A stretch of DNA of 64,000 nucleotides, from contig NC_045697.1 of the NCBI RefSeq assembly GCF_009834535.1, positions 99,760,001 to 99,824,000 of the forward strand. Reading direction: 5' to 3'. The notes beneath the pieces are model-generated. The model was not told the origin of the DNA. It was given only the letters and a program-made list of their open reading frames with translations, and did not search any database. A program made the translations under genes and the position numbers. This DNA comes from Camelus ferus (lineage: Eukaryota). This document shows, piece after piece, positions 14,001-27,370 of the stretch (position 1 is its first letter; each line of letters begins with the position of its first letter).

Positions 14001-14589
14001 CTAGAAAACAGATTTTAAAAAGCTAAAGTTATTCATCTTACAAATATTTTAATTAAATAATCTCACTAATTAAGAACTTAGTATGGAATGCACATATAGA
14101 TAATATAGATAGAAGGTGACATGGTCTCTAACCTCAAAATAAAATACAGAATATAAGAGATACATGATGGAAAAAACAGTATATACAAACAGAGAATACA
14201 CTGTCTCCTAACACCGGAAGAATGGAAGGAAGTCAAGGCTTCATGATGCAGCTGACATGGCCTTGAAAGGATTCTAACAGGTGACAATATTGGGGGATAA
14301 AAATCATTAGAAGCAAAAGAAATAGCATGATCCAAAGCATATAAGATGAAAAACTTAGTAAGCAGGTAGATTAGTTTAAAATTAACTCTTAAATTTTGCA
14401 TGTTATATGCCTAGAGAACAATGACACCATTCTGAGAAATTAGGAACCCAGAGGGGGGAAAAAAGATTCAATAAAGAAAGGATTGAAAAGCAATTACCTA
14501 CAAAGCATTGTTTCAAGTGCCATGTAAGTCTTAACTGCAAAGATGATAATGGTGGTGGAGGCGCTGATATGATGGTTCTTTTAATCCTC

Positions 14590-14765
14590 ATAATACTTCT
14601 ATGCAGGAAGTACTATTATTGTTCCCATTTTATATATGATGAAACTGTGAGAGAGCGGCAAGATAATCTGCCCACTGTTGCACAGTTAGACACTTACAGG
14701 ACTTAAAGATACTAGCCTAGGCTGTCTGGTTCTAAAAGTTATATACTTAATCACTGGACTATACA
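14590..14765 (-). mobile_element. MIR SINE
   Basis: tttaatcctcataa...attattgttcccattttata...gatgaaactg... Confidence 0.65.
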
Positions 14766-16279
14766 GAAAGCACCAATGAATGAATTTAAAAGATTACATT
14801 TATTGACAAATTATCAAAAGATAATTTAAATTGATGATGAATGTATAAAATTTCACCTACAGTAATAAATTTTTGTCCTTTCTGAGTCAGCCTTTGTGAT
14901 TTTACCTATATGATTATGAGATTTCGTCTCTCAGTCTTAAGAGAAAAGGATGCAGAATAACTTTTTCTGTATTCATTGTCCCTACTCTTCCATAATAGTA
15001 TATTTCCTGTCTGTTTAAGGAAGGAAAATCAATAATTAAACAAAATTCCACATAATTACTAACAGGGTCAAGATTCGGCTACCAAAATTGCCAATCTCCT
15101 ATGAAGTGTACTGAATTACAATTTTACTGTTGTCTGTATTTTTATGGATTTATGCAAAAATGGGCAGTGGTATCACAAGAGGCTTCCATCTGTTAGACAA
15201 CCCTTTCAATCACCAGCATTTTATACTTTACTTGTACTTTACCATATCTAGATTATTCATGCTATAAAATTAGAAGCATTAAAAATGATCCTTTTCCATT
15301 CCTTATCATCTTTTCAAATTATCACCAAATGTAATTAAGAATGTAGATATCTGTCAATTTCTTTAAAGTATTAATCCCCAGAAACCCTTGTAGTAGCTGT
15401 ATCTAAGTCAGTCTATTAGCACTTTGATTACTACTTACTTTCTGTGGATCACAGAACCAAGTTTTAAAAGAAATGTCCTTGTGGAGCTTAAAACTCAACA
15501 GGAGAAAGAACACTTGCATTTGCAAATAAAGAACTCTAAAAGGAAGTGAGGCAAAGAAGTCTATAACAGCTATGTTTCTCTCCTTGGCCTTTAAACAGCA
15601 GCTAGCACAAGATAATTAATGTTTTCTCACAAACAATATTTCTGAAAAAATTTTCTGATTGTTCCAATATTAGATATGAATATTCTTCAATGTGAAAGTT
15701 CTTATGGATTGTCAGAATGTACAAAAACCTCTATAAAGTCTTACAGACTCCTATCAGTCACCACCTCAAAACACACATCTGAAGGCTGAGACAGAAACAC
15801 TGTGAGCCTTACTAAATGTCTACCTCATCATTACTCGCCTTTCTAATTCATCTTGCTATTTAGCATTTTCTTTTCTCAGAGAAATATAGAAAAGCTACTT
15901 ACTTTACTTCTAGAAGAACTGAAAATTATGCTACTTTTTCTTTTATCTGAAAAAGGCTGGCTGTGTCAGAAATAAGACTAAAAACCGTTCTCTTAGCTAA
16001 AGTATTTAGTCCCCTTTAGCCAGTGACATACTCCTAGTTTAACAGTAAAAACCTTCTGCGTATTTACTTAGTAATAAAACTCTGCTAGTTGCCATGCACA
16101 AATTTCTTTAGTACATAGGCACCCTAAAAGACACGGCAACAAAGAGTTGGAAAAAAGCAATGTTTTTCTACTTACGTAAAAACTAAAGACTACTGAAATG
16201 GAAATGGATCTTAAGAGATTAGTCACCGCTATATATTATGTAAAGGAATAACTTAAAGCTTATTTCTCAATAACCTTAC

Positions 16280-16423
16280 CTCTGAGGAGAGTGCATCTTC
16301 ATTAGCATCAATCTCTTCTGAATTTTCATCAAAATCTTCCATCTCAACCCTATCATCCATAAATTCTGCATTAATTGAGATGAATAGAAGACCCAAACAT
16401 AGCTGAAAGCCTTGGAAATGCAT
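16280..16423 (-). CDS. CLGN: CLGN exon 2 coding part (144 nt; ATG at 16423, exon begins at 16432): signal peptide plus acidic N-terminus [48 protein letters not shown]
   Basis: Acceptor tttcacag| then 9 nt of UTR (ATAATCAAT) and ATG; donor |GTAAGG; hydrophobic leader followed by an acidic stretch, as in calmegin. Confidence 0.96.
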
Positions 16424-17409
16424 ATTGATTATCTGTGAAATTAACAGTAATCAGTGAAAGTAAAACAAAGTAGTGAAAAACATGTGTAAGTATACTTATA
16501 AAGAAATAATTTCTCCTTAATACCTTTCTCTTTTTCCTGGGATGGCTTTTAAAACAAATCATTAACAAAATTACTTAAATTATGCTTTGAACAAGTGATA
16601 ATACAAACTTCAAATCTCACAGGATTCTACAGCTGAAGGAAGGCCTGCTTCTAAAAGCAAAGAGCAAACAGCACAAACCTAAAGATATGGATAACAGTGA
16701 TCACCAGACTCGTAATATGTGGAGCCCTTTTTAAAAAAAAAAGGAAAAAAGGATCATGATTCCTAAATGTTTGCTCAAGTTACTTTTTTGTTATAATGTT
16801 GCTTAAGTGTATATAAACATACAATTGGAAATTTTATAATTATAAAACCAAGTAATTATATAAACACCAAAAAAACCCAGAAAAGTAATTTTATCACAAT
16901 GTAATGTGTTAAATCTTTTACTGAAATCAAATCACAGCTAAAAAAAAATCAAGCAAATATAGGTTTACTGCAATCAGGCTGACTGCTATAAACAAACTTC
17001 TTTTGCATTTATTACCCTCATAACACTATGATGACTCAATTTTATAACCATTTCTCTATTCAAATACTGCAAAATTTGTTTCTTACAGCATTAATTGAGA
17101 TGAGTAGAAGCCAAATACTATTTAAATAATTACACCCTCCTCTACTCCCATTAGCATCTTAAAAATTCAAGTTTTATTTCTTTGACAGTGGACTTTTAAA
17201 CAAGTAAATCTGAATCCTGAAATACTGTGACAGTCCTTGGTTATAAGGTGGTCAGTTATCCAGATGATCCAGAGTATAGTTATATTACCAACAATATGAA
17301 AAAAATTATTTAAAAAGTAAATTCTTAGAACTCTTAGATCCTCTAGAACCTGTATCTACAGACCTATACGAGTCTACTTAAGAAACACTGCATTTACAAT
17401 ACAGCACTC

Positions 17410-18075
17410 TACACCCACCAGAATGCTTACAATCAAAGGGAGACAATAACAAGTGTCAGAAGGATGTGGAGAAACTGGAATCCTCATACACTGCTGGCAG
17501 GAAAATAAAATGAACTTTGGAAATAGTGTGACAGTTCTTCAAAATGTTAAAAATAGAATTACTTTATGATCCAGCAATTCCACTCCTTAGATGTCTACCC
17601 AAGAGAACGAAAACAGATGTGCAAACAAAAACTTAGAATATAAATGTTTAAAGAAGCATTTTAATAATAGCCAAAAAGTGGAAGCAACCCAAATATCCAT
17701 CAACTGATGAGTGGATAAACAAAATGTGAAATATTCATACAATGGAGTATTATTTAGCAATGAGTACTGATGTGTTACAAGAATGTGAAACATCATGCTG
17801 AGTAGAAGAAGTCAGTCATTAAAAAAACCACATATTCTATGATCCCATTTAAAAGAAATAGGTAAATTCATAGAATATTGGAAAATAGGTTAGTGATAGT
17901 CTAAAGAAAGGAGTCGGAAGAAAGGGTTAGGGAGTACAAGGTTTCCTTCTGGAGTAATGAAAATGTTCTAAAGTTGGAATATGGAAATGGTTACATAACT
18001 TGGTAAATATGTTAAACCCACTGAACTGCACTCATTAAACAGGTGAACTTGCAGGTATGCAAATAAAGCTATTTT
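17410..18075 (+). mobile_element. Old L1 (L1MB/MC-like) ORF2 end and 3' UTR
   Basis: gatccagcaattccactcc...aatagccaaaaagtggaagcaacccaaatatccatcaactgatgagtggataaacaaaatgtg, classic L1 3' sequence. Confidence 0.85.
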
Positions 18076-18158
18076 TAATCAATATCGATAAAGCTATTTT
18101 TAGAAAAGAAACATGAGACTATAAAAAGTATTTTTCCATATAGTTAGTTTAACTAACC

Positions 18159-18345
18159 TTTTTTTTTTAACTGAAGTATAGTTGATTTACAATGTTGTGC
18201 TAATTTCTGGTGTACAACATAGTGATTCATTTATACACACACATATATATATATTCCTTTTCATTTTCTTTTTTGTTATAGGCCATTACAAGGTATTCAA
18301 TATAGTTCCCTATGCTATACAGTAGGACCTTGTTGTTTATCTATC
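18159..18345 (-). mobile_element. L1 3' end fragment (artiodactyl-type)
   Basis: Poly(T) then gaagtatagttgatttacaatgttgtg...tatagttccctatgctatacagtaggaccttg; flanking AACTAAC repeat at 18151 and 18346. Confidence 0.85.
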
Positions 18346-18904
18346 AACTAACTCTTTTTAATGAGATGAAATCTCTATATGAATATAGGGTCAGTTAGAC
18401 TTGATTTCTTCTAGAGGCCACTGGTGACAACTCTAAAGTTTACTTTGAAAATGCATATTTAAAAAAATTAACACCATTCTACCATAATATGAACATTCTA
18501 TATTAAAAGGTGTGTTAATGCCATCATTTTTATGCACCCAGGCAACAAAAAACATGATGCATACTAATCACAATTTAATTAGAAGAGTTTAATCTCTCTT
18601 GAGTCATTGAAAAGGTGTAACTGGAATAGAAAGTAAGTGTAAAGGGATCAATTTGACTCAGTAACAGTAAGGTTGAGTTTTAAAAACTTTTCCCTTATTG
18701 GCACAGGAATAAGTATATTTGCAAATTGCTTATTAATTGTTAATAACCCTAAAAGCTTCATTGTTCTAAAAGTTTAAGAGCCTTCCATAACTTAATAATG
18801 TAGTAAAAGGTGCTTTTCTAGACTCACTATCAATAACATTTAAGTAAAATAGAAATGCATAAAATAATAGCAGTATTCTTATAATATTTTTATATCTATA
18901 GAAT

Positions 18905-19755
18905 TGGTTGTAATGTTTCCTCACTCACTTCTGATTTTAGTTGAGTCTTCAATTCAATCTAGCTAAAGGTTTACCAATTTTGTTGATCTTTCCAAAGAAC
19001 CAATTCTTGGTTTCACTGACTTTCTCTATTGTTTATCTATTATTTTTTTCATTTATCTGTTATCTAATCTTTACTATTTTTTTCCTTCTGCTAGTTTTAG
19101 GTTTTCTAGTTCCTTAAGATGTAAAGTCAGACTGTTAATTAAAGATCTTTCTTTTTTAATGTAAGTGTTTACAGCTATTAATTTCCCTCTTAGCACTGCT
19201 TTCACTCTATCCTATAAGTTTTGGTCTATTGCATTTTTGTTTTCATTTGTCTCAAGGTACTTTTTAATTTTCTTCTGATTTCTTTTTTGACCTTTTTGTT
19301 TTTTAAAAGTCTGTTAATTTTCACATATTTGTGGATTTTCCTGCTTTCTTTCTGCTACTGATTTCTAGTTTTATTACACTGTAACTGGAAAAGACATTCT
19401 GAATAATTTCAACTTTTAAAAAATTATTGACTTGTTTTGTGCCTAATGTATGGTCTATCCTAGAGAATATTGCATATGTACTTAAGGAAAATATGTATTT
19501 ACATCAATATTCATCAGGGATATTGGTCTGAAGTTTTCTTAGGAGTATCTTGTTGATACAGGGTAATGCTGCCCTCATAGAATGAATTTTGAATTATTCC
19601 TTCCTCTTCAATTTTTTGGAAGAGTTTGAGGAAGACTGGCATTAATTTTTATTTCGGCCATTGTTAGGTAAAGTGTTCTGTGTGACTATCAGGTCCAACT
19701 GCTCTATAGTGTTGTTCAAGTCTTCTAATTCCTCATTGGTCTAGGTAGCTGTCCT
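18905..19755 (-). mobile_element. L1 ORF2 remnant
   Basis: ctagctaaaggtttaccaattttgttgatctt...aatttccctcttagcactgcttt, typical antisense L1 ORF2. Confidence 0.8.
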
Positions 19756-19989
19756 AAGTTATACAGTTTTAGTGCGGCAAGAATTTGTTTATATGGTATA
19801 ATATACAAAATTATTACTCACCCTGTTCCCTCCTTACAAATGTATAAAAGATAGCAAGCCTAGGGTTCTAAGTTTCCTGTGTGTTCCCCACTCCATACAG
19901 TTTGCTGTATCACAAAATATTTGTCCCTTCATCAGGAAGAAGGGAGGCAGTGAAGAAGTACATCTATTTGCATGTATCTTTGATTTTAT

Positions 19990-20136
19990 GTATGTTCTCT
20001 ACACTGCTTTACTCAGTCTCCCAATCAAATGTTAATCTTGTCAAAAAGTATCCTCACAGACATACCCAAAATGTTTGACCAAATATCTGGGCAGCCAGTG
20101 GTTCAGTTAAATTGATACATACAATTAACCATCACA
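19990..20136 (-). mobile_element. MLT2 (ERVL) LTR fragment
   Basis: Ends with aaattgacatatacaattaaccatcaca, the reverse complement of the MLT2 start. Confidence 0.75.
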
Positions 20137-21589
20137 GCCATCTATTCCTCAGGACACCTGGAATTATGTTAGGCCTCTGAGATTTTTTAATTTTCTACTT
20201 GGGTATTACTTTAATTAATACATACTGGTAACTAAAACTGGGTATTTCTTTCTAAATCATAAGTACCCAGAAACAATGAAAATATGGTTTAGGCAACAAA
20301 CCACCAGATCCTATAAAACTGAGAAACTACTGAAGTCTGAGATTAGCTGAAATACTGGATATGGGAATATTATTTGGTTGTAGTAATTACAGAAAGAATG
20401 AATTAAATCTGCACTGAGTTTTAAAACGATCACTACAGATTAAAGTTCAAACTGACTAAATAGCACAATTTTCAAAATAATGGTTATGTAACCATTATAA
20501 TGATACATTAATATTTATTTAAGATTTATATTACCTCTACATAGTTCCAAAAGAACTGCTTGAGGCAAATTGCAAAACAAAAAACAGACAAAAATACAAG
20601 CTCATCGAGAGCTAGAATTCTCATTTCTGTATTCACAGTGCTAGCCAAAGAGTACTAGTACATGATAAATAGGGACAGATATATGTTCATAGAATGAATG
20701 AATGAATGCATAAATAACAGTAAAAAAGGTTATGAGGGGAGGGAAATAGATGTTACTAAGCAACCAAGCAGAATAAGTTTATTGCTATAGCTGCATAGCA
20801 ACAATAAATCTGGCAAGATGGTTCTAGGCAATTAGGGGAAGGCCAGAAATAAAATGAAGGAGTTGTCACTGTCTATAAAAGTCTACAAGATCCTTGGAGG
20901 GAAAAATCCTCTTCTAGAATTTAACTCCTAGAAAAATTTGTGGATTGAATCCTTACACAATAAATGTCTTTAACTATGGTTTTATGAGAGAGAAATGGTT
21001 ATGTCAATGCTTCTAACATTGGCCCCCTGAAGTCTTTTAGAACATTGTTAAAAGTTAACACAGTTAAAGCATTTCTATAGAGAAATGAGGTAACAATCTA
21101 GAATTGCAGCTTTATGATCCAATTTAATACGGGGGAATTAATAATATTTTTCAATTTTACTCTATATCTATAAATAAACATCTCTTATTGTGAGTTATTT
21201 CAGAATCTTGCTATAGACATGCTGCATTTTAACAATCTAATTCATAATTTACTAGTAAACAAAAGTAAAAATTTTGTGTTACCACATCACAAAAATAAAA
21301 TTGGATAAATTTTCACCAAAATAAAAGGGTATTCTTGGAAATATCTGGCTATGTAGCACATTAAAAAAAAAAAGGATCACAAGTAAGGTGAAGAGGTAGG
21401 TAATAGTGGCATCTTAAAGAGCAGCCTCCTTCCAAAGAAGCTCCAAGATTCCATTTGAAATGCAGGTACTTTCTCATAGAAAAAACAAGCATGCTTCAGA
21501 ATAAGCTGCACCAGAGATTTATAAATTTTGTGGTAGCTCATGTTTCCAGAAATTCAGGGGAGGTTAGTCAGTAGACAATATAATTCATC

Positions 21590-21950
21590 ATTCATGAATT
21601 CATTTAACAAATACTTATGGTTGTCAATTATGTGCCAGGCATGATGTCAGATACTGAATTTACAGTAATTAGCAAAACATAAATGGCCCTGATCTCAAAG
21701 AGCTTAGAGTCTGGGATGGAAAGCAGATATTAAACAAACTACCCAGGTATAACATGTAAACTTTAATGAGTGACAAAGAAATTTTAATAGTTGGTAACTG
21801 GGGAACTGAACTTACATGGTGGGAGAAGGGTTGGAGAAAAACCTCCTTGAGAAATTTACAAAGTGAAGTACAAGGGATGGAAAGGACTGATTTCCTTAGG
21901 CCAAGGACAAAGGAAGCTGCATGTGAGAAAAGGCACTGAAAAGGGAAGAG
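21590..21950 (-). mobile_element. L2 LINE 3' fragment
   Basis: attcatttaacaaatactta...tatgtgccaggca...ccctgatctcaaagagctt. Confidence 0.65.
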
Positions 21951-22702
21951 TGGAAGAAGGAGAACAGAAAGAACTGTTTTGAGTACTGACTGTGTTTTAA
22001 GCATATTCATTCCAACCATTATAGCTACTCTGTAGTGAAGATACTAGTAGCCCATTATACATAAGGAAAGTGAGGCTCAGGGAGATAAGTAACTTACTTA
22101 AGAATACAGAATGCTACTAAACAGAAAAGGCAAGACTCAAAGTCAGGTCTAGCTTCAAACTCTACGTTCCTTTCATTAAGGCTCTAAGGTTAGAAGGTTT
22201 AACAATTTAATCTTCACTAAATGGCATTAAGGTTATAGGCCTATAAAATAAGGTCAATATTTTCTTAGTATATTTCATGCCTTACACATACATTCCAATT
22301 TCTGTGGGGTTTATATTTTAAAATCCATATTTTGATGTGCATCCAAGTTATACAGCATGTACATATAGTTAGCTGGTTAAATGGCCTTTAAAATCCTTCC
22401 AGCAAAGATTTTAAAGCAGCTTAAAGCTACATAAAAATAAAAAAACTAAAAACTTTATAGTATTACTTTATATTCCTATGACACTTTAAAATTTTACAGT
22501 GTTCACACAAATTTTAGGATATGTAAGAAGTTACTTGCATTTCTTAGAAAGCTCAAGGATAAACAGTAAGGCTTACTATTGGAACTATATCACATGCTAG
22601 ATAATGTAAATGTTTCTAGGCATTACCTTTCTTTAACAGAAGCACCTAGAAATACTGTCTTCATTAACTGTTAATACTTTTCCCTTCTTGTTTTAACTTC
22701 CT

Positions 22703-23265
22703 ATGATAGAGAGAGCAATGACTCAAAGATGTCCACACCCTAATCCTTGGATCCTGTGTTACCTCACATGGCAAAGGGGGCTTTTAGATGGAATTAACGT
22801 TGTTAATTAGCTGACCCTAAAATAGGGACAGTATCCTGGTTTATGGATGGGCCCAATATAATACATGGACCCTTAAAAGTGGAAGAGGAAGTGAGTGAGA
22901 GCAGAAGAGATCTGAATAGTGAGAAGGACTCCATCTACCATAGGGACCTTGAAGATGGAGGAAAGGGGCCCCTGTGGGTGGTCTCTAGAAGCAGAAAACC
23001 ACCTTCAGCTGACAGTCAGCAAGGAAATAGGAACTTCAGTCTACAACACAAGGAACTGAATTCTGCCACCAACCTGAATGAGCAAGGAAGTAGATCTCCC
23101 CAGAGCTTCTAGTAAGGAATGATGCACCTTGCCAACACCTAGATGTTAGCTCGGTTGAGATCTGTGTCAGACTTCTGACCTATAGAACTGTGAGAAAATA
23201 AATTTGTGTTGCATTAAGCTGTTAAGTTTATTGTAATTTGTTATGGTAGCAAGGAAAAACTAACA
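22703..23265 (+). mobile_element. MaLR solo LTR (MLT1D/E-like)
   Basis: Near full length: aaagatgtccacaccctaatcc...acatggcaaaggg...aaggaactgaattctgcca...gacttctgacctatagaactgtgagaaaataaatttgtgttg...aaaactaaca. Confidence 0.85.
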
Positions 23266-24901
23266 TTTTTATCATTCCTGTACTCAATTCTAGCTTCTTT
23301 TCTTAGTTGGTAAGATCAATAACATTTTTCAGTCCTATTGCCTCCTGCTCCCTGTTGACCTTGCTGACTGCCTCCTTCTTGATGCCCTCTCCTCCCTTGG
23401 TTTCGATGACACTATTCTTGATTCTTTTCATTTTATCCTCCTCCTTCACAGGCTTTTTCTGTAATCTTCTGTAAATGTTGCTGTTCCTTACGGTTCTGTC
23501 CCCAGGCTTCCTTCTTACATAACGTATACTCTTGACTTCTACCTATAAACGCTAGCTAAGGACTCCCATATCTTATCCATAGCACAGAGATCACTCTTTA
23601 GTTTCAAATCACTATCCATATTTAAGGATGTCCCAAGCCCTCCATTAATTTGAACCTGGTCTTTCCTCCCAAACCCCTTCTCCATCTCCTCAATTCCCTT
23701 CTCCCATTAACTACACCTCTGATCAACTAAATTGACCAAGTTACTTTGCCATTATCTTAAAGTCTTCCTTCTTGTTGATATTCCGTATCATTCGTAACTA
23801 AATGCATTTGGGTATTTCTTGAATGTCTCTTTCTATCCCTATGCCACAGTCTTAATTTAGGAATCCACCATTTCTGAAAAAGATTAGTAAACTCCCACTT
23901 TGCCTCTTCACTTCCAGACTTGCCAATCAATCTATCCTCCACCTTCTCTCTAGCATGAATTTTCTAAAAAACAAACAAAAGTCTTATTTTACTACCTGTT
24001 ATAAAAATGCTAAATAGTTTTCAGCATAAATTCTTCCCTTTTAGAAGACTCATTTCTTTCACTCTCAACACTCACCTATTAACATATTCATGCTTTTCTA
24101 TATGCTTTCTTGTAACTGAGATGCCTTTCAGCTATCCAGTTTTAATGGCTGAGGACTCACTCAGCACGATTATGCCTCAAAAGTAGTGTATGAAAAATCA
24201 ATATTTAAAAGTTCTAGTTGTCATGCTGACTAGGAGCTCAACTACAAAATATTATAGAAGGTACACTGAGCTTGGCACCATCACACCAAGATTCCAGTAT
24301 TATTTTTAAAAGGCCAGGGGTTAAAACTGCTCTAAGCCTGTTTTTTTGTCTTTATCTTTGTCTTTGTCTTTGTTTTGTTTTGTTTCATTTGTCACGTGAA
24401 AGGATTAAGCTAGATGATCTAAAAGTCCATTAAAATTGACAATTCTAGCTTTCTGGATAAGAGCACTAAAACTTACTAGGTACTGAAAACAAGTAATGAG
24501 GCTACTAAATAGCACTGTTCAATTTCTACGGATCCATCAACATACACCATTCACACACAATAATTAACTTTATCAACTAGATAAATAATATTGACTATCT
24601 TCTAAGGATTTAGGGATAAGACCTAAATGTGACTGGAAAGTCAAACCAATTTTATGTAAAGGCAAAACAGTAAACTGAAAAGCAGTCAAATGATTGCCAA
24701 AAGGAAGGCTACCTAGAGTGATTAAATGACCTAGAGTGATGGAAATTTTTTAAAGCAAGCACAATCATGAGGCTAGATCAGGGTTTTAATGGCTCTTACG
24801 CATCAAAAATTTTCAATATAAATTAACTCTCTTCTAATTTCAGAGTTCGTCCCATTGTCATTCGATTTACTTTCCCCTTGGTGAGCTTCCTCGCATTTTG
24901 C

Positions 24902-25105
24902 TTTTTTTTTTTTTTTTAATTTAAGTATAGTTGATTTACAATGCGATGTTAGTTTCTGGTGTACAGCATTGTGATTCAATTATACCTACATAATCTTTTT
25001 CATATTTTTCATCATAGGTTATTACAAGATATTGAATATAGTTCCTTGTGCTATACAGTAAATCCTTGCTGTTTATCTATTTTATATATAATAATGTGTA
25101 TCTGC
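24902..25105 (-). mobile_element. L1 3' end fragment abutting the CpG island
   Basis: T16 tail then aagtatagttgatttacaat...attgaatatagttccttgtgctatacagtaaatccttg; same family as 18159-18345. Confidence 0.85.
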
Positions 25106-25199
25106 TGCCATTCGCTTTTAAATTCCAAGAAAACGCTTCCTCCTCGTTGCTTGGGCCAATGCTATAAATAAAATCAGCTAAGGTATCTGATCGTAAACA

Positions 25200-26310
25200 G
25201 GCTTTCGGCGATAATGAGTCTCTACTCATTAAGGTTTCGTCGGATTCAACACAACCCTCTGGCTCCCTCCCCAGCGGCGCAAGCGGGGCTCCAGGCAGCG
25301 CCTCGAGGGAGCCGCCGCCAGGCACCGGCGTCCCCGCTGTGAGGTAACGTTAGGTCCCTCGGCCTTTACAGAGGCGGGGGTGGGATAAGCTGAGCCTAGT
25401 TGGGTGGTGTTCGAGCTTCTGTGAGAAGCAGCCGGCGGGGCGAGCAGCGCCGAGGACACCCGGGCCCCCTCTCCACCCCTCGGGAGCCGGCAGCCCGGCT
25501 CGAGAGTGGAACGGGGCTGAAATGTCAACCGCTGGAATAACGGCCTCGGCTCCCTGGGGCCGCTTAAGACGGGCCGGGCTGCGGGGGGACGCCCGGCCTT
25601 CCCCGCGCCGGAGCAGCAGGTGGGCACAGCAGTTCTGGAGGACCCAACCGACCTGAGGTGGCATCAAACTCCCGCCGCCCGGGGCTGGCTTCCCCACTCC
25701 AGCCCAAGAACCTCGCTGGCGGCACCCCCATCCCCGAACTCAACACCCACCCCTCACTAGCCCCAACTCGTTCCGCCCGACGGGTCGCCGAAGAAAGGGG
25801 CGCGACCCAAGCACCCCCGCCCTGAGGGAAGGAGCGAGGACTCCGATTCCTCACCTCACCTCGGCCCGAGTGCAAAAGGATGCGAGGAAATGGACTCCTG
25901 CCCACGTACCTGTCTTGCGGGCTGTTTTCGGCAGGGGCAGCTCAGATGTCCGAGTGGCTGCCACTTGGTCCGTGAGTCTTCCCAGACCGATCCCGCCGGC
26001 AGCCGCGCAGCCGCAACTACCAACTGCGCATGCGCGTGCGGCCGCTGGCCGGGTTGAGGCGGCGGCCTGAGGCGCGTGCCGCGCGCACTAGGGGCTCAAC
26101 GGCCGCGGAGGGGCGCCGCTCCGCGATGCGGCCCTACCAGGCGCTTCCTCCCGACCACGCGCCGCGCCGCCCGCGCCGGCCAATCGCAGCGCGGATCCGG
26201 CTCCCGGTCGAGCCCTGGAGGAATTCCTCCTTATCCGTCCGAAGACTTTTCCCTCCCGCGGAGCGCCTGGCCTCTACAACCAGTGAGGTTTTGCCTCCTA
26301 GTGCACGTAA
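25200..26310. promoter_or_regulatory. CpG island / CLGN promoter
   Basis: The only strongly GC- and CpG-rich stretch in the window. Contains NRF1-type TGCGCATGCGC (26025-26035), CCAAT box GGCCAATCG (26178-26186) and MYB-type YAACNG (26021-26026, 26097-26102). Confidence 0.9.
25910..26030 (-). other. CLGN: CLGN non-coding exon 1 (transcription start approximate)
   Basis: Donor CAAGACAG|GTACGT at 25910/25909 inside the CpG island, adjacent to promoter motifs; no ATG in the exon; exon 2 has an acceptor upstream of its ATG, so an upstream exon is required. Confidence 0.75.
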
Positions 26311-27152
26311 TTGGGTCCTGAATTTTATGTAAATCACGTTTTGAACGGCATCCAGTTAGTACCCTAGGCCTTCCCTAGAATTCTGAATGCTCTGATGAGA
26401 GGTCATTGTGGTCATCAGGGAGGCTTACTAATTGGTGACAGTAAGTGGATGATAAATATAGGTATATTAAATGTTAACATAATAAATGCATTATATGTTT
26501 TCTTTTCGAAATGCTACTAATTGATAACGTTTTATTGCACTCACTGCTCTAACGGTTTTACATTATCTCATTTAACCGTCCCAACAACCCAGGTGAAGAT
26601 GATTACTTGCCTTTGACTAGTAAATGGTGGAAACAAAGTCAAATTCAGGTCTATCTCCCTCAGAGCCTATCGTTTAAACCAGCACACTAAAAATAAAAAT
26701 ACAGCATAAACCTAATATTCAGTCACAAGCTTCTTTGCCCCATAGATGTTGGATCATGCAGCTTTTACTACTTGTATTTGATAGTAAATCTTGACTTTGA
26801 CTATGATATTCACGATTTCAATTTTATTGGAAGAATAAAATGTTTGACTTGTGATATCCCCGTTAGAGTCTCAGCTTAACAGAGTTTATGATGCTCCATG
26901 CACAAGACATGATTATTAGCTAGATGTCACGACCACTGAATATTGTTCACACTGCATCTGTAATAAGGCCACTATTTCTAGACTTTTGACGCTGTCATCT
27001 TCTGGAGTGTTTTTGGATAGCATTTAATTTATTGGTTAAAAAAGACAATTTTTATTTGAGGTATTTTGTGACAATATTATCCTCTTAATTTCTTTCTTCA
27101 GGCTTTCCAACTTATATTATTCAACATAATTCTGTGAAACTTTAGCTTTTTC

Positions 27153-27370
27153 TGTGGTAATTATTTTCTGGGTACCTGGCCGGATGGCACTTTTGCCCAT
27201 TTGAATTTAAGGATGAATATGACTTACTTTAGCCAATGAAATGTGAACAAATGTGATGTGTGTCAGTTCCAGGTGTCAGCATTCAACTCAGTGCTCATCT
27301 CTAACCACCCTTTTCCTGCCACAGTGATTGTGGAAGCACATGTTGAGATGCAGCCCCTGTCAACCTGAAT
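27153..27370 (+). mobile_element. Old MaLR LTR fragment (MLT1I/J-like)
   Basis: atgacttactttagccaatgaaatgtgaacaaatgtgatgtgtgtcagttcc motif. Confidence 0.65.

Larger units (their letters stand above)
1015..26030 (-). other. CLGN: CLGN (calmegin) gene, exons 1-8; 3' part continues beyond the left edge of the window
   Basis: Coding exons of 144, 74, 59, 142, 82, 193 and 190 nt join in frame via GT-AG junctions to give [24 protein letters not shown]...[19 protein letters not shown]...IMFGPDKCG...[13 protein letters not shown]. This is calnexin family with the calmegin-type N-terminus. The 5' end is approximate. Confidence 0.97.

Noticed and set aside
26014..26035. ZNF143/THAP11-like ACTAC motif
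   Set aside because: Lacks the downstream TCCCA core; better explained as MYB plus NRF1
25077..26337. Several overlapping ORFs of 66-132 aa on both strands
   Set aside because: Expected from stop-codon scarcity in a CpG island; Pro/Arg/Ala/Gly-rich with no recognisable domain
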